Positions 9,981 to 21,792 of a stretch of DNA of 64,000 nucleotides are shown here, one piece after another. Both the position numbers and the translations under genes were made by a program. Below the pieces are notes generated by a model. That model saw nothing but the letters and a program-made list of their open reading frames with translations, did no database searches and was not told where the DNA came from. This stretch comes from an uncultured Rhizobiaceae group bacterium (GTDB lineage Bacteria > Pseudomonadota > Alphaproteobacteria > Rhizobiales > Rhizobiaceae): positions 246,235 to 310,234 of the forward strand of contig CALSMI010000011.1 of assembly GCA_943787415.1 (NCBI GenBank). The letters run 5' to 3'. The first letter of the stretch is position 1; each line of letters begins with the position of its first letter.

Positions 9981-10898
9981 ATGAAAAATCCTTATGAAAC
10001 CCTTGGGGTGAAGCAAGAGGCAACCGATCATGAGATCAAGCTTGCCTTTAAAAAACTTGCGAAAAAATATCATCCAGATCTGCACCCGGACGATAAAGAT
10101 GCAGAAGCCAGATTCAAAGATGTTTCGACTGCCTACGATGTGTTGAAGAACAAAGAAAAACGACGCAGATTCGATGCCGGCGAAATAGATGCAACAGGCG
10201 CAGAAACGCCTCACCATAATTATTACCGCGACTATGCCGGGCCCAACTCGCCTGGGAGTCATGCCGGTCAGGATGGGTTTGCCAGCAATGAAGAACTGGA
10301 GGAGTTTCTTGCACGGGCATTTGGCAGCACGCATGGAGCAGGGCATGCGAACATCAAATCACAAGGCCAAGATGTGAGCTACTCGCTGCAAGTGCCGTTC
10401 ATGGAAGCCGCCAAAGGTGCTGTTCGCACGCTACAGTTACCCGATGGTAAAACACTGAAAGTCAAGATTCCCGAGGGAGCAGCGGATAGACAGACCCTGC
10501 GCCTGAAAGCTCAGGGTATGCCTGGCTACGGTGGAGGCCCGCCTGGAGATGCCTATATTGAGCTGCACGTCGAATCTGATGCCTATTTGGTGCGCAAGGA
10601 TGATGATGTTCATCTGGAAGTTCCGGTAACTCTGAAAGAAGCTGTTCTTGGCGCCAGCATTGAGGTCCCAACAATATCCGGTGCAGTGACCTTGAAGGTT
10701 CCGAGGGGTTCCAACACTGGCACCCGATTGCGATTAAAAGGAAAAGGTTTACGAAACAGGAAAACCGGTGAGAGAGGACACCAGTTAGTCACTCTGAAAG
10801 TAGTTCTACCAATTGGTGAAGAAAAGGAACTGTCGGCCTTTCTTGAATCCTGGCAACCGAGTCAAGCCCAAAACCCTCGCAAGGAGATGATGTTATGA
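9981..10898 (+). CDS. cbpA: curved-DNA-binding protein CbpA-type DnaJ homologue (J domain, no zinc finger)
   Basis: The J domain is YETLGVKQEATDHEIKLAFKKLAKKYHPD. There are no CxxCxGxG repeats. It is 305 aa and overlaps a CbpM-like gene by ATGA. Confidence 0.75.
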   Translation: MKNPYETLGVKQEATDHEIKLAFKKLAKKYHPDLHPDDKDAEARFKDVSTAYDVLKNKEKRRRFDAGEIDATGAETPHHNYYRDYAGPNSPGSHAGQDGFASNEELEEFLARAFGSTHGAGHANIKSQGQDVSYSLQVPFMEAAKGAVRTLQLPDGKTLKVKIPEGAADRQTLRLKAQGMPGYGGGPPGDAYIELHVESDAYLVRKDDDVHLEVPVTLKEAVLGASIEVPTISGAVTLKVPRGSNTGTRLRLKGKGLRNRKTGERGHQLVTLKVVLPIGEEKELSAFLESWQPSQAQNPRKEMML

Positions 10899-11227
10899 GA
10901 AGACTGGAAGAAGTCATCTCGATTGTGCCCGAACTGAGCAGGGAGGATATTGATCGATGGATAGGCGAAGCCCTGATTGATGCGCAGCAGGAAGCCGAAA
11001 ACACCGTTCTGACGGACACCCAAATTGCGCGAGTCAGACTTATTTGCACCTTGTGCTACGATATGGATGTTGATGAGGAAATACTTCCAATTGTCCTGAA
11101 CCTTCTGGATCAACTCCACGAAACGCGACAGCGCCTACACAAGTTGAGCCAGGCGGTTTTGGCACAGGACGAGGATGTTAAATCATCAATTTTGGAGGTG
11201 GTTTCCGAAGTCAGGCGACGACTTTGA
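10895..11227 (+). CDS. cbpM: chaperone modulatory protein CbpM-like
   Basis: 110 aa, translationally coupled to the cbpA-like gene. The helix pattern (..LSREDIDRWIGEALI.. / ..RLICTLCYDMDVDEEILPIVLNLLDQL..) resembles E. coli CbpM. Confidence 0.55.
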   Translation: MRRLEEVISIVPELSREDIDRWIGEALIDAQQEAENTVLTDTQIARVRLICTLCYDMDVDEEILPIVLNLLDQLHETRQRLHKLSQAVLAQDEDVKSSILEVVSEVRRRL

Positions 11228-11435
11228 AAACAGAGTCATAGGTGCCTGACATCAGCGACTATGGGCCCAACTTGCGTTGTTTGATAAGCGAATGTTTCTG
11301 TATCATCGTACCCCCAAAGAGAGGGATATGAGACATAGATCTGCAATCCACCGCAGTTTTGGCGAGCAGTTCATCAAAGACATCAAGCGGTCAACGCGCA
11401 GGCGACCACGCCGGTACAAACAGAATGCCCGTTGA

Positions 11436-12365
11436 TCATTCACTCGCTGCTTTTGGGTTGAGAGAAGCAGACGGTATTGGCCCAATCGGCGCACGGGTAC
11501 TGACTGCCAGCGCGCCTGCCAGGATCAATGCAAGGCCCGCAAAGGCCTCGAGCGGCAGTCGTTCACTCAGCACTACGGTACCGAGTACCACGGCGATAAC
11601 GGGAAAGAATAGCGGAATTAGCGAACTCCGGGTGGCACCGATCCGGCGGACTACGATGAAGTATAGGCTCGATCCGATTGCAGTGCAGAAGACACCTGAG
11701 ATGATGAGGGCACCGGTCGCCAATTTGCCAGGGTTCAGGCTGAGTGGCGTCTCAACTGCAAACGCAAGAGGTATCAGGATCAACGCACCAAAAATCATCT
11801 GGCCTGCGGCCATGGTGGGTGGTGTCAGACCGGCCTGCCGACGGGCATAGATTGCGCCGAGCGTATGGCTTAAAGGGGCGAGAAATGTGATGGCGATGGC
11901 TAGCGACTGGTCACTTGCATTGGCCAACACAGACGGGCCGATTAGTAAAATGATGCCGACTAGCCCAATCACGCTTCCAGCCAAACGCTTGTGCGTGAAA
12001 ATTTCCTCTGCGAGGAAAATCGGCGCCAAAACGACCGACAATATCGGCATGGTGCCGAACAAGATACCGCCCATGCCGCTCTCTATATACTGCTGGCCCC
12101 AGGCAATGGTGCCAAAGGGGATAGCAGCCGTCAGCATGCCGAGCCAGAAGAGTGAGGTCCATCCGTGGCGACAGTTTGGCAAACGAGCACCGAGAGCGCG
12201 CATAAGCCCCCAGCAAACGGGCACCGCGATCAGCGCACGAAGCGCAGCGGCGGTGATCGGAGAGTAATCCTTGATTGCGATGTTGATGAACAAGAATGTA
12301 CTGCCCAATAGCAGCGCCGCCGCAAGCAGCAAACTCCAGTCAGTCAGGTTCATCGATCGATTCAT
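11436..12365 (-). CDS. EamA/DMT family transporter
   Basis: 309 aa and about 10 hydrophobic helices, with the duplicated EamA-like architecture. Confidence 0.7.
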   Translation of the reverse strand: MNRSMNLTDWSLLLAAALLLGSTFLFINIAIKDYSPITAAALRALIAVPVCWGLMRALGARLPNCRHGWTSLFWLGMLTAAIPFGTIAWGQQYIESGMGGILFGTMPILSVVLAPIFLAEEIFTHKRLAGSVIGLVGIILLIGPSVLANASDQSLAIAITFLAPLSHTLGAIYARRQAGLTPPTMAAGQMIFGALILIPLAFAVETPLSLNPGKLATGALIISGVFCTAIGSSLYFIVVRRIGATRSSLIPLFFPVIAVVLGTVVLSERLPLEAFAGLALILAGALAVSTRAPIGPIPSASLNPKAASE

Positions 12366-12628
12366 GCTGGTGGTCTCGCCGTGGGCAGGTGTTGTAGTGC
12401 CGGTGCGTTGCAGCCAATAGGTCGGAAGTGAGCTTCAATTACAAGCAATTACCCAAGCGATGGGCGTAGTCGAATGCAAATGCACTTAATGAACGCACAT
12501 TTATCTGCTGGCTGCAAAGGACCTGGCCCCCAACATGCAGCATTGCGCCGTAAAGCAACATCCCCTGCCCAGAATCAGATTTATCACCAAATTCATCATT
12601 TGTGGTACCAACGAGCAATCTTTGGAAT

Positions 12629-13621
12629 TCAACAATAGCGTTCTGGCCCGATCCACTGCGCTTCGGTGTATCGGTCGCCATGCGCCCAGCCGACAGGAAG
12701 AATGCGTTCGATCTCGGACATTATCTCACGGGTCATTTCAAAGGAACTCCCGGCCGCACATTCTGTCAGGTGCTTTGCTGTTCGTGTTCCGGGAATTGGG
12801 ATCAGATGGCCCCCCTGTGCAAGACACCAGGCGATAGCCAGTGCGATGGAAGGGATTCCAAGGTCAGCGGCCAGGGCCTTGAAAGCTTTCACCTTGCCAA
12901 TATTGTAGCCAAAGTTGGGTTCGGTAAACCGGGGGGTGTCCCTCCTGAAATCATTGTCCGAAAACTGTGCCGGATCAGGTGTTTTGGTTGCAAAAATGCC
13001 CCGGCCAACCGGAGAGAAAGGAACAAATGCAACACCAAGTTCAGCACATGTCTGGATCATGCCCAGGTCCGGATATCGTGTCCAAAGTGAGTATTCACTT
13101 TGGACAGCGTCAACCGGCCCGCTGGCAACCGCCCGGCGCAGCGAGCTCGGTGATATCTCTGAAAAACCGATCCCTCCAATCTTGCCTTCTGCCTTGAAAG
13201 CAAGCAGCGTTTCCATCACGTCTTCAATTTCCACTTCGGGGTCACGTCGATGAATGTAATAAAGTGCAACATGATCCAGCCCCAGTCTGGTCAAAGATTT
13301 TTCAAGCTCCGCACGCAGATAGTCAGGCTTGTTGTTAAACCCGCGTTCTCCGGTTTCGGGATCTCTCCAGATTGATCCTTTTGTGGCGAGGGTGAATTTG
13401 CTGTCGTCACCTTTTAGAAACGATCCAATAATATTCTCAGAGACACCATTGCCATAGACATTGGCCGTGTCCAGAAAATCGATCCCGAGATCCAAAGCGG
13501 CCCTCAGAGTTTCATGCGCTTCTTTCTCTGTTGTGGATCCATAAAATCCGGCAAAGCTCATACAGCCGAGACCGATTTCGGACACAGATTTACCGGTCTC
13601 TAAAAGTTGGCGTTTCTTCAC
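12629..13621 (-). CDS. aldo/keto reductase
   Basis: SEIGLGCMSF..., LDLGIDFLDTANVYGNG, ALYYIHRRDP, IPIPGTR: classic AKR signatures. Confidence 0.85.
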   Translation of the reverse strand: MKKRQLLETGKSVSEIGLGCMSFAGFYGSTTEKEAHETLRAALDLGIDFLDTANVYGNGVSENIIGSFLKGDDSKFTLATKGSIWRDPETGERGFNNKPDYLRAELEKSLTRLGLDHVALYYIHRRDPEVEIEDVMETLLAFKAEGKIGGIGFSEISPSSLRRAVASGPVDAVQSEYSLWTRYPDLGMIQTCAELGVAFVPFSPVGRGIFATKTPDPAQFSDNDFRRDTPRFTEPNFGYNIGKVKAFKALAADLGIPSIALAIAWCLAQGGHLIPIPGTRTAKHLTECAAGSSFEMTREIMSEIERILPVGWAHGDRYTEAQWIGPERYC

Positions 13622-13951
13622 AATAACATTTCCTTGATTTCAGGCAGCAAAACAGGTTGCACGCTTTAAGTGCCAAAGGGTTGTCTGTCAAAAATACGCT
13701 GCCAAACGGGGTTGAATGCATATTTCCGGCATTTCGCGTATCTTTGTCGGAATACGCCGCCTTGGGATTCATTTGGCAGCTTTTGGCTCAGTCTTTAAAG
13801 GTTTCTACCTGTCGTATGTTTGTAAAGCCAAGCTCCCACAGCCGAAGCTGTTATCAAGAGATGCATTGACCGAAGAATAGCTCGTGGGATTTATTGCCGG
13901 TCAGGAGCGCACTATGGTGCGGATCGAAACAACCTGTAATCGGATATTGCT

Positions 13952-14794
13952 ATGACCTTAGCTGCACTAAATCAGAACTCCGTCGCAGTCGTAACCGGCG
14001 CAGCCGCCGGAATTGGACTGGCTATTTCAAAGCGTCTCGCTGCATATGGAATGACGTTAGTCTGTATAGACAGGCAAGTTGATCGACTTGATGCAGTAGG
14101 CGACGTGCTAAGGGCCGCTGGAGCACGGGAGGTCTTCACCAGTTTGGTAGATGTATCTGATTTTGACGCCATGATTGATTTGGAAAGAATCGTCGCTGAT
14201 AAATTCGGCGGCACAGACATCCTGGTCAACAATGCTGGTATTCAACCCGGGAGTTCCATGTTTGGGCCAATGGATGAGTGGGTCAAAGTGTTGGGTACGA
14301 ATCTCTGGGGGGTAATAAATGGCACCAAGGCGTTTGTGCCGGGAATGATAAAGCGGGAGCGTCCTGGAATTGTTGTCAATACCGGCTCAAAACAGGGGAT
14401 TACCACGCCACCCGGAGATCCGGCTTACAATGTTGCGAAAGCTGGGGTGAAGTCTTTTACGGAGGCACTGGCGCATGAATTACGGAATACCAAAGGTGCG
14501 TTGATCACAGCTCACCTGCTGATACCCGGTTTTGTTTTCACGGAACTGAACCGGGCCGGTCGAACAGAAAAGCCTTCCGGTGCCTGGACCCCGGATGAAA
14601 CAGTAAGTTTCATGATGGAACGCCTGGAGGTTGGTGACTTCTACATATTGTGTCCTGACAATGACGTGTCACGGGAACTTGACGAAAAGCGCGTGAGTTG
14701 GGCTATGGGAGACGTTATTGAAAATCGACCGGCACTTTCGCGGTGGCATCCGGAGTTTTCGAATGCTTTCAATGACTTTATTGATGGTCGTTGA
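13952..14794 (+). CDS. short-chain dehydrogenase/reductase (SDR)
   Basis: TGAAAGIG Rossmann motif, NNAG, and a YNVAKAG (YxxxK) catalytic motif. Confidence 0.85.
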   Translation: MTLAALNQNSVAVVTGAAAGIGLAISKRLAAYGMTLVCIDRQVDRLDAVGDVLRAAGAREVFTSLVDVSDFDAMIDLERIVADKFGGTDILVNNAGIQPGSSMFGPMDEWVKVLGTNLWGVINGTKAFVPGMIKRERPGIVVNTGSKQGITTPPGDPAYNVAKAGVKSFTEALAHELRNTKGALITAHLLIPGFVFTELNRAGRTEKPSGAWTPDETVSFMMERLEVGDFYILCPDNDVSRELDEKRVSWAMGDVIENRPALSRWHPEFSNAFNDFIDGR

Positions 14795-14968
14795 CCATGG
14801 TTTTAGGGAATTTTTCAATCAGGAAAGCAAGAGATTAGCACAGCTGATGGATGGAAGCCTAAGGGCCGATTAACAACTTTGGTGCCCGGTCAGCAGGACG
14901 AAGACGATTCACGCGCCCATCGAATGAGAGAGATTGTTGCTTCCTCTGACTGTTCGATGCTGTTTCTG

Positions 14969-15931
14969 TCAAGGGTGTTCAGCCAACATACCCTCTACCA
15001 GTATTTGCACCCGCAGTGCTTCTTCCGGGCTCGCCAGCCTGTTCGGCTGTCTATTTAATAACAAGAGAAGATCGTCAAGCTGGGCTCTTAAACTGGTCGC
15101 TCGGGGATCAGCAGGTTCATCACCAACAGGCAGGAATTTACCCCCATCCGACATCAAATCGCGGAAGAAATCTGCTACCCGCCGGCTCCTTCGCGAGCCC
15201 TTGATGGTCAGTTCCTGACGATCGGGTTGAGCTCCGCCAACACTGGCCAAGATTGTCACAGGTTGCCCGTCGCTCGATTCCAGCCGCGCGAGCATATGGG
15301 TTTCACACAGCTTTGAATCTGTTGGAAAAGAGGGATGGCTAAAGACGAGCGATAAAGGACCCAGCAAGCGCTCGCTGAAGAACAGAAAGTGGGAAATGAC
15401 CTCTCGTGTCATGCCACCCTCTTGCCTGAACCGGAGCCAGTCGGCTTCCCTTTGCCAGTTTCGTGGCCAATTGGAATAGGTCACAACGATATCGATCCCG
15501 ACAATATCGCCGAGTTCTCCGGTGGCTGCCGCTTGCGAAATTTCACTCAATGCGTTGCCCGCAGCCTGGGTAAAATTCACGGCCGCCGGAACCCCGGATT
15601 TTCCAAGCCGTCGAACCAGGTCGGCACTTTCATCGATATCGACCCCAAGGGGCTTTTCCAGAAACACGGCTTTACCTGCCGACGCTGCTTCCAGTGCATA
15701 GGCCTTTCGGGGCACCGGGGGGCAAGCAAGGTAGACCAGGTCGGCGTTACGAATGGCAATCTCGGCGCTGTCCATAATCGCACTGCCCAGCGCGATTTCC
15801 TGCGCCTGTCTGCAACTCGCGGGAGACGGATCCCATAAAGCGGTTGGGGAAAAGTCTTCATGCAATCGCATGTGTTCCAGCATGCGTCGCCCCATGATTC
15901 CCAGACCAATGATTGCCGTACTGATGGCCAT
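14969..15931 (-). CDS. Gfo/Idh/MocA family oxidoreductase
   Basis: N-terminal IIGLGIMGRRM Rossmann segment, and the FLEKPL motif typical of the family. Confidence 0.7.
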   Translation of the reverse strand: MAISTAIIGLGIMGRRMLEHMRLHEDFSPTALWDPSPASCRQAQEIALGSAIMDSAEIAIRNADLVYLACPPVPRKAYALEAASAGKAVFLEKPLGVDIDESADLVRRLGKSGVPAAVNFTQAAGNALSEISQAAATGELGDIVGIDIVVTYSNWPRNWQREADWLRFRQEGGMTREVISHFLFFSERLLGPLSLVFSHPSFPTDSKLCETHMLARLESSDGQPVTILASVGGAQPDRQELTIKGSRRSRRVADFFRDLMSDGGKFLPVGDEPADPRATSLRAQLDDLLLLLNRQPNRLASPEEALRVQILVEGMLAEHP

Positions 15932-16034
15932 GCTGTGCTCCGTTATTCGCTAGCCAATTGTTGGCCAAGTCTGCCGGCCTCACTGAATAATCTGGGAGAG
16001 GATGCGCAGGCGCGACATAGATTGCAATATCCCA

Positions 16035-17063
16035 TCAAATGCTCATTTGCATATCGCGCAACACTTCACCGGCGATGGCAAAAGAACGAAGCCGCGCTGC
16101 GTGATCGTGGATCATCCCTGTCACCATCAACTCATCAGGTTGATAACGCGACACAAGTTCCCTCAACTCACTTGATACCGTTTCCGGACTGCCCGATGCT
16201 GAGCAAGACAGTGAATGTTTCACCTGAGACAGGAGCTGTTCAGGAACTTCCTGAGTAATTTCGTCAACAGGATAGGGCAGTTTTCCAGGATTACCGGTCT
16301 GCAGTCGCGCAAAAGAAAGTATTTGGGACGACCGCAAGAACCGTGCCTCGTCGTCCGTCTCCGCGGCAACAACGCTTGCCGCAACAATGGCATATGGCTT
16401 TGAAAGCCACTTCGAAGGTTGAAACGTGGTTCGGTAGGTGTGAACGGCTTCAACCAGCATTTGCGGCGCAAAATGCGATGCAAATGCGTAGGGCAAACCC
16501 ATATAGGCTGCAAATTGCGCACCGAAAAGGCTTGATCCGAGAATCCAAACGGGAACCTGTGTGCCTTCGCCCGGTATGGCTCGCACAGTGGTCGCCTCTG
16601 ATGCATCATCGAAGTAGCCCAGCAATTCAGCAACGTCTTGAGGAAATTGATCGCCGCTTTGCATGTGGCGGCGCAGCGCTCTGGCCGTATTGCCATCAGT
16701 TCCCGGAGCGCGTCCCAACCCCAGATCAATACGTCCGGGGAACAGAGATGCCAATGTGCCAAACTGTTCCGCAATTACGAGCGGCGCATGGTTTGGCAAC
16801 ATTATGCCTCCAGCACCTACACGCAAGCTGCTCGTTCCGGCAGCTACATGTCCAATCACTACGGCGGTCGCTGCGCTGGCAATGCCAGGCATATTGTGAT
16901 GTTCGGCCAGCCAATATCGGTGATAACCCAAAGCTTCTGCATGCTGAGCGAGATCTAGAGTGTTGGACAATGCTTCGACCGCACTCGATCCTTCAGGGAT
17001 GGGTGAGAGATCGAGCAGGGAATAGTGCAGCATCGGAGTAGCCTTACTTAATATACTATCCAT
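16035..17063 (-). CDS. LLM-class (luciferase-like) flavin-dependent oxidoreductase
   Basis: [22 protein letters not shown]...[42 protein letters not shown] is the YhbW/LLM signature. The true start may be the internal MLHYS. Confidence 0.8.
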   Translation of the reverse strand: MDSILSKATPMLHYSLLDLSPIPEGSSAVEALSNTLDLAQHAEALGYHRYWLAEHHNMPGIASAATAVVIGHVAAGTSSLRVGAGGIMLPNHAPLVIAEQFGTLASLFPGRIDLGLGRAPGTDGNTARALRRHMQSGDQFPQDVAELLGYFDDASEATTVRAIPGEGTQVPVWILGSSLFGAQFAAYMGLPYAFASHFAPQMLVEAVHTYRTTFQPSKWLSKPYAIVAASVVAAETDDEARFLRSSQILSFARLQTGNPGKLPYPVDEITQEVPEQLLSQVKHSLSCSASGSPETVSSELRELVSRYQPDELMVTGMIHDHAARLRSFAIAGEVLRDMQMSI

Positions 17064-17183
17064 GATAAATAATGAATATATGAGAGTTCAACTTGGAAAT
17101 CCGTAGGAAGTTCCTCTTCGCCCAAACCGGTTTCCAGTGGCAAAATCAACGTATTTGCCAATTTGGGGCCACGGCCCAATTTT

Positions 17184-17837
17184 TTAGAGTATTCGTCTTT
17201 TCGCGCCGGCCTCAACTACAAGTTGTTTCAGAGATTCATAGGGTTGTGCACCCACCAGGCCTCTGCCATCGCTCACAAAAGTAGGCACGCCCGTCACGCC
17301 ATGACTACGTGATTTTTCCCAGTCGGCGTCGACCACTGCCTTAAAACTGCGCTCCATCAGCACGGTTCGCGCTTCTTCTTCATCGAGGCCCACAGAATTC
17401 ACAACGTCAATAATCACTTCGATATCACCTATGTTGCGGCGATCGACGAAATAGGCTTCAAAAAATTTGTCATGGATTGCTGAACCGCCTGGCTTTGTTT
17501 CAGCCCAGGACCCAATTTCCTGAGCAAGGCGGCTGTTGTAGGTATGACTTCGCTCGTTGTAGGGAAGGCCTTCGGCCTCCATAAGGCCTTTCATGCGCGT
17601 ATTCTTGGCCGCGATATCTTCTGGCCCGCTGCCGAATAATTCGAGCAACGTTCGACCATCTGCCGGCGTCTCCGGATGCAGGGGGAAATGCACCACACGA
17701 ACGTCGACGTCGTAGTTCTGTTTGATCTTCTTCATCCGGTTGTCACCCAGATAGCACCAGGGGCACACGTAATCTGTAAAGACTTCAAGGGTGACGAGCT
17801 CGGGCATCGGAATATTCCATGATTGCAGAAATTTCAC
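17184..17837 (-). CDS. DsbA-family thiol oxidoreductase (FrnE-like)
   Basis: CPWC active site in the context EVFTDYVCPWCYLG. It has the family's typical length. The start is ambiguous (17837 or the downstream MPELV). Confidence 0.75.
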   Translation of the reverse strand: MKFLQSWNIPMPELVTLEVFTDYVCPWCYLGDNRMKKIKQNYDVDVRVVHFPLHPETPADGRTLLELFGSGPEDIAAKNTRMKGLMEAEGLPYNERSHTYNSRLAQEIGSWAETKPGGSAIHDKFFEAYFVDRRNIGDIEVIIDVVNSVGLDEEEARTVLMERSFKAVVDADWEKSRSHGVTGVPTFVSDGRGLVGAQPYESLKQLVVEAGAKRRIL

Positions 17838-17984
17838 TTGGTCATTCTTGAATACTTTAAGTCAATCAATAAAACCGACAACTTTGGCTCCGGCATCGGT
17901 ATTTCCGAAACTCATATGAGCCAGCGCGCCTTGCTGCAATACCTTCAACTCGCGCGTTATCCCGTCCACCTGCTCCAGTCAGAC

Positions 17985-18018
17985 TCAAAAAAAGGCCGGT
18001 TCTTTCGAGCCGGCCTTG
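17985..18018 (-). terminator. Rho-independent terminator downstream of groEL
   Basis: The minus-strand RNA is AAGGCCGG-cuc-GAAA-gaa-CCGGCCUU followed by U7. It lies about 55 nt after the groEL stop. Confidence 0.6.
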
Positions 18019-18075
18019 ATTTGTTCAGCTAAGTGAACGGCTTTGGTGCTGTGGCGTGAGCCGCAGCAAGCATGA

Positions 18076-19731
<1,656 letters not shown>

Positions 19732-19792
19732 TTAACTCCTGTTTTGCACCGTCCTGGTGCAAGTAATTCTAAAGTGTTCGATGGGGTCGGGA

Positions 19793-20089
19793 TTAACCGA
19801 TGACGCCCATGACGTCGGACTCTTTCATGATCAGCAGGTCTTCACCGCCAATCTTGACTTCCGTGCCTGACCATTTGCCGAACAGAACGCGATCGCCCGC
19901 TTTTACGTCCATAGGGACCAGTTTTCCCGCTTCGTCACGGCCACCGGTGCCAACAGAAACGATTTCACCTTCAGCAGGTTTTTCCTGAGCAGAGTCAGGG
20001 ATGATGATGCCACCAGCAGATTTGGTGTCAGCTTCGACGCGGCGAACGACAACGCGGTCGTGCAACGGGCGGAACTTAAGTTTAGCCAT
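19793..20089 (-). CDS. groS: co-chaperonin GroES
   Basis: [38 protein letters not shown]..., 98 aa. The ORF-track start at 20149 is an upstream extension. Confidence 0.95.
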   Translation of the reverse strand: MAKLKFRPLHDRVVVRRVEADTKSAGGIIIPDSAQEKPAEGEIVSVGTGGRDEAGKLVPMDVKAGDRVLFGKWSGTEVKIGGEDLLIMKESDVMGVIG

Positions 20090-20168
20090 TTGTAATTTAT
20101 CCTGTACTAGGCTGCTCGGGATCAAAACGTGACCACAGAGCTTCTTCAATCAAGAAATGAAATGTAAA

Positions 20169-20195
20169 TTAGCACTCTCCATAAGCGAGTGCCAG
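20169..20195. promoter_or_regulatory. CIRCE-like HrcA operator upstream of groES
   Basis: TTAGCACTC-tccataagc-GAGTGCCAG compared with the consensus TTAGCACTC-N9-GAGTGCTAA. The left arm matches 9/9 and the right arm 7/9. It sits in the groES 5' leader. Confidence 0.75.
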
Positions 20196-20207
20196 CATGC
20201 GCCAATG

Positions 20208-20236
20208 ACATAAGAAGACGGATGCCGAGTTACAAG
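20208..20236 (-). promoter_or_regulatory. RpoH (sigma-32)-type promoter candidate for groESL
   Basis: The minus strand reads CTTG-N18-CTTATGT, matching the alphaproteobacterial RpoH consensus CTTG-N17/18-CYTATNT. It lies immediately upstream of the CIRCE element. Confidence 0.5.
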
Positions 20237-20396
20237 ATGGATGGGTCTTGTCATGTGTGGACGTATAGAGCGATATTTTACAGCGTTCTAATTGGATGCT
20301 GTAGTCCCAACGCTGATTCGAAGCTCCAAAAACGTCGTTTGTCAACAACACAATCAGTGATCTGCAGCTTAGCGCAAACCATCGGTAATCCAACGT

Positions 20397-20738
20397 TTAC
20401 AGTTTTGAAATAGGTTGTAAATCGAACCGGTATTGCGCCCACGCAATTGTTGGAGCCTTGAGAAAGCCATGTGAAACTTCGGCTCGATTGTTTAGCCTGC
20501 CACCTGTGACGTGGATGTGGGACACCCCCAGGTCACGCAGGGCAGCCGAATATGAACCCAGTTTGTCAGTGATAGTTTGATCCGGAATGTTTCCCCGCTT
20601 CCTCAATAGTTTCCGCATGAGATTAACAGCAGCGCGCTTGTTTCGGCGTGATTGAACCAGGACTTCGAGAACCTCGCCTTCGTCGTCCACGGCACGCGAC
20701 AGATAAGTGAACACAACGGTGGGACGGTGCCGATTCAT
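20397..20738 (-). pseudogene. IS6-family transposase internal fragment
   Basis: YLSRAVDDEGEVLEVLVQSRRNKRAAVNLMRKLLRKRGNIPDQTITDKLGSYSAALRDLG...GRLNNRAEVSH matches the central IS6/IS26-type pattern (YLWRAVD..G.vLD.lvQ.RRd..AA..F..kLL...ivTDkL.SY.aA...NNRAENSH). The N- and C-terminal thirds are absent. The fragment starts directly at the methyltransferase stop. Confidence 0.7.
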
Positions 20739-21355
20739 CCTCTTTTTGCGAGTATACAATTTAGCCATCGCTCTTCGCTCCGCTCTGGGCGCTGGTCCGT
20801 CGTTGTCCACACTTCAAGAAACTTCAGGTTTGACGCGCCGTTCAGATGCTCTCTAAGCAACCGCTCATTCAGGTCGTTGAAATATCGACCGCCCTTCTGG
20901 CGCTCTAATTCCCCATACTTGAATGAGGCATAGAGAACGCCTGTCGGATTTAAGAAAGACGCGAGGCGCTCCAACACATCAGAAAGGCCGACTCTCGGAA
21001 CATGCAGCAGAGACGCACAGGCCCAGATTCCTTCGAACCTTTGTTCAATCTGCATGTCCTCGAACGTCATCTGGTAGACGGGTACTCCTGCGCGATTCCT
21101 AGTGGCGTCCACCATCTTTCGTGATGCGTCGAACGCCACGACCTGATAACCCATCTGGGAGAAGGCCAAGGCATCCCGGCCCGATCCGCACCCAGCATCA
21201 AGGACAGATGCCTGCGAGTGAAGGTGCCGACAGAACCGCTGGTACAGAGCTTCCATGTCAACTTCGGCCGTCTGCGCTATAAAGCTATCGGCGTTCTTCT
21301 CGTAGAATTCAACGGACATCAGAACATTGGCTCCGCCCGCAGGATGGGTTGCCAA
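20735..21355 (-). CDS. class I SAM-dependent methyltransferase (small-molecule type)
   Basis: Motif I is VLDAGCGSGRDALAF, followed by the acidic loop VVAFDAS. No DNA-methyltransferase DPPY or PCQ motifs were seen. It overlaps the HNH remnant by 37 nt. Confidence 0.7.
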   Translation of the reverse strand: MATHPAGGANVLMSVEFYEKNADSFIAQTAEVDMEALYQRFCRHLHSQASVLDAGCGSGRDALAFSQMGYQVVAFDASRKMVDATRNRAGVPVYQMTFEDMQIEQRFEGIWACASLLHVPRVGLSDVLERLASFLNPTGVLYASFKYGELERQKGGRYFNDLNERLLREHLNGASNLKFLEVWTTTDQRPERSEERWLNCILAKRG

Positions 21356-21788
21356 GTATGAATCAGCCTCTCACGCGCTTGGTTGTAATGGTTTTGTAGG
21401 AACGATTTCCGGTCGACCTCGCTGGTTCCTGTCTGACCCATCAATGTCTCCCGCAGCGGATGGTGGCTGCCTATTAGAAATTCGTTTCGCGTATGTAGTC
21501 TCGCTAGCAGGCGCGTGTCGGGCAGCTTCGTAAACTTGCCATCATGCCCTCGATTGCAGTCTTTGCACGCAAGCACAAGGTTCCACACGCCATCCAAATG
21601 TGCATCTGGTAACTCGGCCTTCAGAATGTGCGGGAAGAAATGATCAACGTCGGCCAGGCGCGCATTTCCCTCAAGCACACTGATCCTATCGAAGCAGTAG
21701 AAACAGCGACCCTTTTGATAGCCATTGAGAGCACTCCGGCAGGACGTCACGGCGACGCGGCGCTCAGCCTGTCCTGCATAGAGCAGAC
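21319..21788 (-). pseudogene. HNH endonuclease-domain gene, 5' end removed by the IS1380-like insertion
   Basis: HNH core: CFYC...DVDHFFPH...WNLVLACKDCNRGHDGK. The reading frame runs into the IS end (CTAG at 21789), and the only start in the ORF track (21798) lies inside the IS. Confidence 0.7.
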
Positions 21789-21792
21789 CTAG

